From the NCBI GenBank assembly GCA_963782755.1, contig CAWAKR010000012.1:14557-78556 (forward strand): 64,000 bases of DNA. The letters are read 5' to 3'. This DNA is from Candidatus Acidiferrales bacterium. GTDB taxonomy: Bacteria > Acidobacteriota > Terriglobia > Acidiferrales > UBA7541. Positions 18,992-27,987 of the stretch are shown in pieces (the first letter of the stretch is position 1; every line of letters starts with the position of its first letter). The position numbers and the translations under genes are program-made. The notes beneath the pieces were generated by a model. The model searched no databases. It had not been told where the DNA came from and worked only from the letters and a program-made list of their open reading frames with translations.

Positions 18992-20467
18992 ATGACTGAA
19001 GCAAACACGGCAGGAAAATCAGGGGTACGAGTACGATTTGCGCCATCACCCACGGGTATTTACACGTGGGAGGCGGACGAACGGCGCTGTTTAACTGGCT
19101 GTTTGCGCGTAAAGAAAATGGCACGTTTATTTTGCGCATTGAGGATACCGACGCGGAGCGGAACAAGCCGGAATTGGTGGAAGGGATCGTCGAGGCGCTG
19201 AAGTGGCTGGGGCTGGACTGGGACGAAGGTCCGTTTTACCAGTCGCAGCGCACGGAATTGTACAAAGAGGCGGCGAAAAAGCTGCTGGCGAACGGGACAG
19301 CGTTTCTGTGTTATTGCCCGCCGGAAAAGTATGTAGGCGGAGACCACACGGTGGAAGGCGCGGAGAAGGCGCAGGTGCGGCGGGTGGTGCGGTGCTCGTG
19401 CCGGGATGGGAAGCCGTCCACGGAAGGCACGAAGCCGGCGCTGCGGTTCAAGGTGCCGATCGGCGGGGTAACGAAATTCAAGGATGCAGTGTTTGGCGAG
19501 CGGGAATTCTCGAACGACGAGATCGAGGATTTTGTGCTGCTGCGTTCTGGGAAAGATGACGAAGAGTTCGGGCAGGCGATGTACCAGATGAGCGTGGTGA
19601 CGGACGACATCGATATGCGGATTACGCATGTGATTCGCGGGGCCGATCACATTTCGAACACGCCGAAGCAGGTGCTGCTGTACCGGGCGATGGGCGCGCC
19701 CGAACCGGTGTTTGCCCATGTGCCGCTGATTCTAGGAGCGGATAAATCTCGCTTGTCGAAGCGGCACGGAGCGACGGATGTGAACATGTACCGGAAGGAA
19801 GGATTCCTGCCGGAAGCGTTCCGGAATTTCCTGGCGCTGCTGGGATGGGCTCCCGGCGCGGACGAGCAGTTTTTGCGGACGAGTGAGTTGCTGGAGAAAT
19901 TCTCGCTGGAAGGCGTGAGCCGGACGAATGGCGTGTTCGACCGTGCGAAGCTGGAGTGGTTCAACACGCAATATCTGCAGAAGCTGCCGATTGAGGAATT
20001 GCTGCCGTTTGTGGAAGCGCAAGTTGAAGCAGGATGGATTGTGGAAGGAAGAGTGGGCGAGCGGCGTGGGACGCGAATGGTTCTCAAAGACCGTGGATAT
20101 GCTGCGGCCGCGCGTGCGGCTGTTGCCAGATTTTTCGAGCTGGTCGCGGGCGTTTTTCAGCGATGAGTTTGAGATCGATGCGGCCGCGAAGGCGAAATTC
20201 TGGAAAGACGAGAAAGTACCGGATTTGCTGGGGAAGTTGGCGGATGCCCTGGCCTCGCTGCCGGATTGGAATCACGACGCTTGCGACCACGCATCGCGGA
20301 AGATTGCGGAAGAGGGTGGCGTGAAGGCAGGGTTGCTGATCAACGCGACACGCGTGGCGATTGTGGGGCAGGCGGTGGCGCCTCCGCTGTTCGATACGAT
20401 GGTGGTGCTGGGACAGGAGCGTGTGGTGCGGCGACTGAGGGCAGCGTTGGGGGAATTTAGGAAGTAA
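18992..20467 (+). CDS. gltX: Glutamate--tRNA ligase (two frameshifts, ~19054 and ~20020)
   Basis: RVRFAPSPTG / LHVGG (HIGH-like), LRIEDTD, THVIRGADH, RLSKRHG (KMSKS-like) spread over three frames. Confidence 0.93.
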
Positions 20468-20577
20468 AGGACTCTTAACTCCTTGCGAGATTTCGGGTAA
20501 CGCGTTTATCGGAGTTCACGCAGTAACAACAAGTTCTCGTACTCTTGCGACAATCGTCAGCGAAGCGTATCGCATAG

Positions 20578-20814
20578 TTGATACACACCACCTCAAATAT
20601 CCGGCGTCAAAATTCCGAACCTGACCCGGTCGAAGTCATCCCTTTTGGCCGGAATGGGGGAGGCCTGTTAACAGGGCACCCAGTTGGGCTGGTTATCATT
20701 CTTGGACTGCTTGTGCTGGGTTTGGTTGCGCTGCCCGAGGCGCATTGGTTTTTTGGGGGATCTTTGATCCTTGGTAGCATTTTCGGAATCTTGCTGTGGC
20801 TTCGCCATCGATAA
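20578..20814 (+). CDS. Small hypothetical membrane protein (2 TM)
   Basis: 78-aa ORF with two hydrophobic helices; start uncertain. Confidence 0.45.
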   Translation: MIHTTSNIRRQNSEPDPVEVIPFGRNGGGLLTGHPVGLVIILGLLVLGLVALPEAHWFFGGSLILGSIFGILLWLRHR

Positions 20815-20904
20815 ACTGGTTCCTGTGCGCCTTCCTCAATAAAAAGGTACTTTGCCCATTTCTCAAATAATCGAGTAACTGATCACGAGAAACGATAGGC
20901 ACCA

Positions 20905-21435
20905 CTATTTTTGTGCGCCGAGTTCTCGTTTGATGGTTTTGTGGAAGACGGAGACACCGAACACGGGATTATCACGGGTGCCCGAGATGGTGATGGGGAT
21001 GACCGCGCCGGAAGTGCCCTTCTTGAAGAAGGGATCGAACGGTTTGAGGAAGAAGGATTTTGCGCCGGTCATGGTTTGGGAAAGTTTCGCCTGCAACTTC
21101 AGTTGGCCGTGAAAGTCGATTTCCCGGCCGTGCAGTTGATAAGAACCATCAAGGATTATGGCCGCGCCTTCCACACTGAAATTGAGATTGGTGAAAGTGA
21201 CCTTGGCGTTTTCGACGTGGAAATGGCCGTTCAGGTCAGAGACGGCACTGTCCGCCTCCTGATTTGTGGGCTCTCCCTGAGCGTGGCGGCTGAGTTCACG
21301 GATGACCCATACGCGTGTGGTTTCGTCGATGTGGCGGAGGCGCGAAGCGAGAAGGAAAGAGGCTAAGGCAACAAGGACAAGGAAGGCGAAGAGAAAATAG
21401 ATCCACCTGGGAACAGGTCGCGCGTCAGCGGCCAT
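20905..21435 (-). pseudogene. AsmA-like protein with an apparent large in-frame internal deletion
   Basis: N-terminal anchor joined directly to an AsmA C-terminal region (LNFSVEGA..LDGSY.L...LKPFDPFFKK...PITISGTRDNP.FG) in only 176 aa. Confidence 0.55.
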
Positions 21436-21476
21436 TGCGGCTCCGGGAAATTGGGAATCTGGCTCGGGAAAATGAG

Positions 21477-22025
21477 CTATTTAGAAAATATATCGGAGTG
21501 AGCGGGGCGGACGGAATCAGGATTATCCGTTACGTGGATGACGGCTTCCAGTGAGAGCGTGACCGGCGGAAGGCAAATTTCATTGCTGCAAGCCTGATAG
21601 TGAAGCTTGAGAGGCAGGTGGCTGTCGCCGATCGGGGCAGTGGGAAGAGCGGTCAGGGGAAGGTGAATGACGACGGAATCAGTGTAGACGTTGAGCTGCT
21701 TGTTTTTGGAGAAAGTGAAAGTCTGCAGCGTGCCCTTTGGATAGATGATATCGCCTGACTTGAAGCCGGCGGGGATTTCAGCGCGAAGGTCGGTGGGGAT
21801 CAGATAGTCGGCAGAAACCTCGCGGGCGTTTACGTGAAAGCCGGAGCGAATCTTCATGACCACGGCGACCTGAAAAGACTTGCCGCGCGCCACGGGATCG
21901 AACGAGACGAAGGCTTGTGGAGCGACGACGTCTTTGCCGGAAGGCGCCTGCGAGCCGGCGAGGACAGGGAAGAGAAGGCCAAAAATCAAAAGCAAACTGG
22001 TTAGCAGTGGAGTGGATAATTTCAT
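21477..22025 (-). CDS. Secreted DsbD N-terminal (alpha) domain protein
   Basis: Signal peptide; GFHVN; YQACSNEICLPP. Confidence 0.82.
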   Translation of the reverse strand: MKLSTPLLTSLLLIFGLLFPVLAGSQAPSGKDVVAPQAFVSFDPVARGKSFQVAVVMKIRSGFHVNAREVSADYLIPTDLRAEIPAGFKSGDIIYPKGTLQTFTFSKNKQLNVYTDSVVIHLPLTALPTAPIGDSHLPLKLHYQACSNEICLPPVTLSLEAVIHVTDNPDSVRPAHSDIFSK

Positions 22026-22354
22026 ACGGCCACCTGAGTGTTCAGGTGTTGCGAGATGACACGGCTCATGACCGCGAAAAGATCTTCTCCAGTTTTGGGA
22101 AGCACGAAGGCGTTGCGTTCTTCGGACCAGGAGAGTTTGAAGCTAGTGGAAAGCGCGGAGACCCAGATTTCGCGGATGGGGGTGTTGGGCGAAACGACGA
22201 AGCGGGCAGGCTCCGGTTCCTCGAAAATGATTTCGAGCTTGCCGCTTTCGCCTTCGACGTCGAACTCGTGAATATCGCCCTGAAGCAACAGGCGCTTTTT
22301 CAGGTCTTCGAAGAGGGCGTCGGATTTCTTTTGAAAATCATGTTCAGAAAGCAT
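22022..22354 (-). CDS. cyaY: Frataxin family iron donor protein
   Basis: Acidic N-terminal helix; FVVSPNTPIREIWVSA resembles the frataxin N...IW motif; 110 aa. Confidence 0.72.
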   Translation of the reverse strand: MLSEHDFQKKSDALFEDLKKRLLLQGDIHEFDVEGESGKLEIIFEEPEPARFVVSPNTPIREIWVSALSTSFKLSWSEERNAFVLPKTGEDLFAVMSRVISQHLNTQVAV

Positions 22355-22368
22355 GCGCTAGATTCCGA

Positions 22369-22932
22369 TCAAAGCTGGGATTCGATGGCCTGGGTGAGTT
22401 CGTCGTAGCTCTTGAGTCCCTGGAACCGTGTGACCTGCTTGCCATCGCGGGAAATCAGAAAGCTGGTGGGGTAACCGAGGATCCCGCCGAACTTGTTGGA
22501 GGCATCGTCGTTGCCAATGAGGATGGGATAGCTCATGGGCAGTTGCTGGCCGTTTACCTCGAAGCGTTCCTTGGCGACAAAGGGGGCGACGACGGATTTG
22601 CCTTCGTCGTCCATCGCGACGCCGACAACGGTGAAACCTTTATCGCCATATTTAGCCTGCATTTCGATGAGCCAGGGAATCTCCACGCGGCAGGGATCGC
22701 ACCAGGTGGCCCAGAAATTGACGAAGACAACTTTGCCTTTGAAATCGGCGAGGGAAACGTCTTTGTCGTTGAGGTCCTTAAGCTTGATGTCGGGAGCGGG
22801 TTTTCCAGCGCCCTCGGTGGAAGCATGAGAGGTGGTGGGAACCTTGGAGGAGAGACGCGTAGCCCGATCGGCGTAGATGGTGAGGCCGATGAGGGCGGCT
22901 ACGGTTCCGAGAATGAGAACAATTTTTTTCAT
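22369..22932 (-). CDS. TlpA/ResA family thiol-disulfide oxidoreductase
   Basis: N-terminal anchor; KGKVVFVNFWATWCDPC; GYPTSFLI. Confidence 0.9.
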   Translation of the reverse strand: MKKIVLILGTVAALIGLTIYADRATRLSSKVPTTSHASTEGAGKPAPDIKLKDLNDKDVSLADFKGKVVFVNFWATWCDPCRVEIPWLIEMQAKYGDKGFTVVGVAMDDEGKSVVAPFVAKERFEVNGQQLPMSYPILIGNDDASNKFGGILGYPTSFLISRDGKQVTRFQGLKSYDELTQAIESQL

Positions 22933-22962
22933 GATCAGTTCAACCTGCGAATCAAAATTTAG

Positions 22963-23835
22963 TTACATGTACCTAGAAAGCCCGCTCAAGAAGCTCAATT
23001 TGCCGGTGAGCCAAGTAAGTTTATTGAAGAAAATCAAGCCACCGATAAACAGCAAAAGAGCACCGCTGAACAGCTCAACTGCGTGAAGATACTTACGGAA
23101 ACTCTTGTAGAAGCGAAGAAACTGACTGAACAACAATGCAGTTAACAGGAACGGAACGGCAAGGCCCGCGGAATAGACCGCCAGAAGCAGAATGCCACGT
23201 GCAACTGTATCGCTGGCCGCAGCCAGCACAAGAACCGCAGAGAGAATGGGGCCAATGCAGGGAGTCCATCCAAACGCGAAGGCAAAACCAAGCAAAAACC
23301 CACTTAGTATTCCGGGCTTGGAATTCGTATTTCGCAGACGAACATCCTGGTTCAGCCAGCGGGCAAAAAGCGGGCCTAAGAAGCCGATGATCGAGAGCGA
23401 GAAGAAATGTACGGCGCCAAGACCGGCAAAGAGGGGGCCGCCATGAACCAACGCCGCAATGCCCAGGAGCACAAGAATCGCACCAAGAATCATCCCCGCC
23501 CGCACATTCATCTTGATGAGGCCGCCTAGTAGGTGCAGGCCAAAAAGCAGAATCAGCGCGCCAGCGATCGGGGCCAACAAAGTTCTGTGCTGTTGGAGGA
23601 ATCCACCGACGGCACTAGCGGAAGCGCCAAAACCAATGAACACAACCGAAAACCCCAGAACGAAAGCAAGAGCTGTCGAAAAAAGACCGGATTTGGGCTG
23701 CTCACCCTGACGGAGTTGCTCTACGCCAATGCCGGAGAGCATGGAGATGTAGCCGGGCACCAAAGGGAGCACGCACGGCGACAAGAAAGAAACCAGGCCG
23801 GCGATGAATACTCCTGCCAGCGAAAGATCGGTCAT
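22963..23835 (-). CDS. ccdA: Cytochrome c biogenesis CcdA / DsbD transmembrane domain protein
   Basis: SFLSPCVLPL and GWTPCIGPIL motifs; YSAGLAVPF. Confidence 0.88.
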   Translation of the reverse strand: MTDLSLAGVFIAGLVSFLSPCVLPLVPGYISMLSGIGVEQLRQGEQPKSGLFSTALAFVLGFSVVFIGFGASASAVGGFLQQHRTLLAPIAGALILLFGLHLLGGLIKMNVRAGMILGAILVLLGIAALVHGGPLFAGLGAVHFFSLSIIGFLGPLFARWLNQDVRLRNTNSKPGILSGFLLGFAFAFGWTPCIGPILSAVLVLAAASDTVARGILLLAVYSAGLAVPFLLTALLFSQFLRFYKSFRKYLHAVELFSGALLLFIGGLIFFNKLTWLTGKLSFLSGLSRYM

Positions 23836-23928
23836 TTCTACGGTGTCCTTTTCCTTTCTATTCTCGCATAAAGAGCGGTCAGGTTGGTGGAGCAGGGCAC
23901 GGCAGGAATCATTGCAAAGGAACGGATT

Positions 23929-24016
23929 CCTCGGAGGCTAAAGACCCAATTCTCTATCACTGCGAAAGTCAGAGCCTGCCAGTCGCAGGCAAGCTGAATC
24001 TCCGAGCCCCTAAAAA
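23929..24016. repeat. Degenerate family E repeat carrying a nested 19-nt hairpin insertion
   Basis: Aligns with 2233..2295 apart from CCTGCCAGTCGCAGGCAAG at 23975..23993. Confidence 0.5.
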
Positions 24017-24120
24017 GCAAGACCCGAATTCAAGGCCGCATTCAACTCCACGAACTCAGGCACCAGAAACTCAGCCGGTAGCGTCAGGCCACCGATGACA
24101 ATTCAGCAGGATTCCACACG

Positions 24121-25568
24121 CTATTTAGACGCAAGGAGGCGGGGAAAAGGCACCTGGGAAGCTGCGGGAAGAAGGTGCTCCCAGTAGGCGGCCAGCGAGA
24201 GGAGGAAGGATTCGGAGTGCATGGGGCCGATGAACTGAAGTCCGATGGGGAGATTATTGGGGGTCTGGCCGCAAGGAACGGAGATGGCGGGGATACCGGC
24301 TAGATTGGCGGGGCGATTCAAGCGCAATAGGAGGCCGCGCGTGGGATGAGAGATCCCGTTAATGGAGATGGATGTTTCCTCAAGAAGTGGAGCGGCGATG
24401 GGAGTGGTAAGAACAATTAGAGCGTCAAGATTTTCTTTCGCGAGAAGAGAGTGGAATGCGGCGAGGAAGCGGTCGCGGGTCTGAAGAGCTTGCAAGTAAG
24501 TCGTGGCGCTCACCTTGGTACCCATTTCCAAACGTGTGCGGACGTCTTCGCCATATTCGGACGCGCGGGCGGGAAACCAGCCGGACTGCTGGTGATAGAG
24601 AAGAGCCTCAGGCCAAGCGATTTGATTGCCGGCGTCTTCGGACTGGTCGATGACGGGGAGCGAAACTTTCTGGAGATGAGCGCCATGTTTGCGAAGGAGT
24701 TTGACGGAGGATGCAAAAGCGCTGGCAATTTCGGGGGAGAGGACGTCGAAGAAGAATTCCTGTGGAATACCCAGGCGAGGCTTTTTTATCCGGGCTGAGC
24801 TGGATTTTGAAGCTATCGGAACGCGGTGGGAGTTCGATGAAGTGCGAATTGCGTTGAAGAGTATTTCCGCATCGGAGGCGTTTCTTGCCAACGGGCCGAC
24901 GACGTCGAGGCTTGGGGAAAGTGGGATTACGTTTTGGGTGCTGACCGCGCCAAGGCTGGGCTTGAGGCCGACGAGGCCGCAAAGTGAAGCGGGAATGCGA
25001 ATGGAGCCACCGGTGTCTGTGCCAATGCTGCCGTAACAGAGTCCAGCAGCGAGAGCGGCGGCGGAGCCTCCACTGGAACCGCCCGTCATGCGAGCCAGAT
25101 CCCAGGGATTGCGGGCTGGGCCGAAATGGGAATTGATGTTGGTGGTGCCGTAGGCAAACTCGTGCATGTTGGTCTTGCCGAGGATGACGGCGCCGGCTTG
25201 TTTCAGCGCGTTGACGACCGGTGCATCCTGCGTGGGGACAAAATCGCGGAGGATTTGAGAGCCAGCGGTGGTGCGAATGCCGAGCGGTGTAGATGTTGTC
25301 TTTGAGCGAAATGGGAATTCCGTGAAGGAGGCCGCGATCGCGACGAGGGGAGCGGCCTTTTCCTCTTGCCAATTCGTTCTCCGCGAGCGGTGGCCTGTTT
25401 CAGGGCCAGATCCGCGCATACGTTGAGGTAGGCGTTCACCTGAGGATTGAGTTTTTCTATCCGGTCGAGCAGGAAGCGGGTGAGTTCAACGGGCGAAAGT
25501 TTGCGGCTGCGATAGAGTCTCGCGATCCGGGAGATGGAAGCAAAAGCGAGTTGAGCGTCGCTGAGCAT
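24121..25568 (-). CDS. Amidase signature family protein, GatA-like (two +1 frameshifts, ~25386 and ~25283)
   Basis: LHGIPISLKD, GKTNMHEF, GGSSGGS, GTDTGGSIRIP across three frames. Confidence 0.85.
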
Positions 25569-27841
25569 CAGAAGATTTTATCGATGCGGCGGAGGTTTCC
25601 GAAAGTACCGATATTGGCGACGATGAAGGCTACTCGGAACTGATTTTCCGTGCGGACCGCACCCAAGTTAATGCGACGGTATTCAAACGCCAATCCGCAG
25701 CAGCCACCATTGTAATTGAGAAGAACAAATTGATTCTGGAGTGTGCTGGTTTCGAGATTGTAGCTGAGGCCGGCAGAGGCGTTGAACCCCTGCCGTGTCA
25801 GGCTGCCATAGCCCAGAATGGCGCGGATCTGATTGGAGGGTGGCTCGACAAGGGGATCGCCCTGCAGGCGGAAGTGCGCGGCGGTCATAAAGAATTCGCT
25901 ATAGGGTCTGATCTTCAACAAAGTGCCGATAGTGGTGATTTTCTCCAGTTGCGGATCGTATTCAAGAATCTGTTCGGCATCGTAGCGGCCGCCGGGAGTG
26001 AGTTTGAGGTCGCTGACGATGGGAGACCAGTTGCGCGGACCGCCGGCGAACGCAAACGCGGTAACGGAGTCGAGCGCCTGAAAGACGTTGCGTTGCCCGG
26101 AGACGATAGCGCCACCGAACGTGGGGTCGAAGTAGTGTTTCTGGAGGACGCGCCAGGAGAGGAAATCGACAGGTTGGTCGTCATTCGATTTGACGAAGAG
26201 ATGCTGGACGAAGCCGTACTCGAATTCGTTGGTATTGGTGATGGTGGCATCACTGTCGAATCGAACGAAATCGGCGAAATTATGAACTCCGGTAACGTAG
26301 CGATAGGTAACAAAGGGTTCGATGGTGTGTTTGTAGCGCCGATGCTTGGCGGGACGATCGAAGAAACGCTCGAGAGTGGCGGGGCGGAATTCGACGGCAA
26401 ATTCACCGGTGTTTCGAGAAATGGAATTGCCGGTTAAGGCGCCGAGGGAGTTCAGCGAGTCACCATAGTAGGTGGTACGGAAGGTGGCAGAAGGAATGAT
26501 GCCGAGTATGGTGCCAAGGTGAAGTGGAATGGAAACTTTCGGGGCGAATTCGGCACGGGGCACGAAATTAGGAGTGTTGATGAACTCATCGTCGCGATGA
26601 ACGGCGCCAGCGAAGGAATCGAACGAAAAATAAACGGGAAGCTGGTGAAACGGAGCTTGTTCGACGGAGGAGAATCGCGCTTCGGGAGAACTGCGAAGGA
26701 CGACGCTGTTTTCAGGGTTGATCTGAAGAAAGCTGCGGTCGTTGAGGTTGGCGATATTGAAGCTGTAGCCACGAAAATTGTTGGTGAGGAAGACAGCGCT
26801 GCGGACGTCGGAGTTGATGGCGTCGCCGTAACTGTCGGCAAAGGCGAGTCGAAAGGTAAGAGACGAGAGTTGATTGAGATCGGTGACGAAGCGCCAGCCG
26901 TGATTCCAGAGTGACTGAATTTCCAGTTGTTGTTGGTAGCCGCCCTGGTTCTGAATGGTGTCGTTCGGGCCAGGGATGCCGCGATCCTGAACACCGTAGT
27001 AGGTGTACTTGATAGCGGTGTTCTCGTAGGGCCGGGCTCGAAATTCGGCGCGCTCGGCAGGACCGCGGCGGCTGAAATACTCGAAGCCGACAGTGGCATC
27101 CATCCAGGTTTTCGGAGCCCAGTAGAAAGCATCGCCAATGATGAATCCCTTGCTGTTGCTGTTGCCAACGATAGGAACGAGAAAGCCGGATTGGCGGACG
27201 TGGTCGCCCGCGGGTGCGGTGGCAAACGGCAGCCAGACAAGAGGAACGCGATAGACGCGAAAATTGGAATTGATGAGGGCAACGCTCTTGTTGAGCGAGA
27301 TTTTGGCTTCGGGGGCATAGAACTGCCAGGTGGGATGCTGGGGATTGCAAATGGTAAACCACGAGTGGTGAACGATGTAGTTGTCTGCGGAGACGCGTTC
27401 AACTTCCTTGGCTTCGAAATAGAGAGGATTCTGGGTGAGAAGCACGGAGGGATTGGGGCGGCGTTCCAGGTAGACTGTGCCACGAACATTCTTGAAAGTG
27501 CCGCGGCCGGTGCTGATGTTGAGCTCGGCTTCATCGCCTTCCATGTGCTGGTTGTCAAAATCAAACCTGATGTGGCCACTGGCAACGGCCTGCGAGGTGA
27601 TGTTGTTGTACTCGACGTGGTCGGCCTGGAGACGCAGATTGCCATAGTGGATGTCGACGTCGCCATCGGCGAGGTAGACGTCACCCTTTTTGGACTGCGG
27701 GCCGCTGGAAGAGATTTCAGCGATGGCGCCGGAGGCCGAGGGAATGCGGACCTGCTGGGCAGAGGAAAAGGTGGCAGCAAGGAGAAGCACCCAAAACACG
27801 GACAATGTGCGAACGGCGGAATTGGGAAAGAGTATGATCAC
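25568..27841 (-). CDS. lptD: LPS-assembly outer-membrane protein LptD (start uncertain; ORF open to 27913)
   Basis: Signal peptide, OstA-like N-domain (GDVDIHYG..LQADHVEY), FTIC...W, SGFLVP, beta-barrel with C-terminal CC and terminal Phe. Confidence 0.82.
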   Translation of the reverse strand: MIILFPNSAVRTLSVFWVLLLAATFSSAQQVRIPSASGAIAEISSSGPQSKKGDVYLADGDVDIHYGNLRLQADHVEYNNITSQAVASGHIRFDFDNQHMEGDEAELNISTGRGTFKNVRGTVYLERRPNPSVLLTQNPLYFEAKEVERVSADNYIVHHSWFTICNPQHPTWQFYAPEAKISLNKSVALINSNFRVYRVPLVWLPFATAPAGDHVRQSGFLVPIVGNSNSKGFIIGDAFYWAPKTWMDATVGFEYFSRRGPAERAEFRARPYENTAIKYTYYGVQDRGIPGPNDTIQNQGGYQQQLEIQSLWNHGWRFVTDLNQLSSLTFRLAFADSYGDAINSDVRSAVFLTNNFRGYSFNIANLNDRSFLQINPENSVVLRSSPEARFSSVEQAPFHQLPVYFSFDSFAGAVHRDDEFINTPNFVPRAEFAPKVSIPLHLGTILGIIPSATFRTTYYGDSLNSLGALTGNSISRNTGEFAVEFRPATLERFFDRPAKHRRYKHTIEPFVTYRYVTGVHNFADFVRFDSDATITNTNEFEYGFVQHLFVKSNDDQPVDFLSWRVLQKHYFDPTFGGAIVSGQRNVFQALDSVTAFAFAGGPRNWSPIVSDLKLTPGGRYDAEQILEYDPQLEKITTIGTLLKIRPYSEFFMTAAHFRLQGDPLVEPPSNQIRAILGYGSLTRQGFNASAGLSYNLETSTLQNQFVLLNYNGGCCGLAFEYRRINLGAVRTENQFRVAFIVANIGTFGNLRRIDKIF

Positions 27842-27987
27842 GCGCTGAATAGGCTCGAGAAAATTAAGAAGTAGCCTAGCACGCACACACGTCAAATTGT
27901 AGCGGATGAACATTTTTCGAGAGATATAGATGCCGCCAGCCGAGTTAAGGCGGTATCATGCCAACCGAAATCGTAAAGGAGGAAGCA

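Noticed and set aside
18992-20467. Programmed frameshifting or a pseudogene at gltX
   Set aside because: There is no slippery heptamer, and the same kind of indel is scattered through many unrelated genes, favouring sequencing error.
24121-25568. Calling the amidase gatA
   Set aside because: No gatB or gatC is adjacent, and the visible motifs are general amidase-signature motifs.
25730-27874. Several long alternative-frame and antisense ORFs (e.g. 26452..27780, 26927..27874)
   Set aside because: They lie essentially within lptD and give low-complexity Ser/Pro/Thr or shadow translations.
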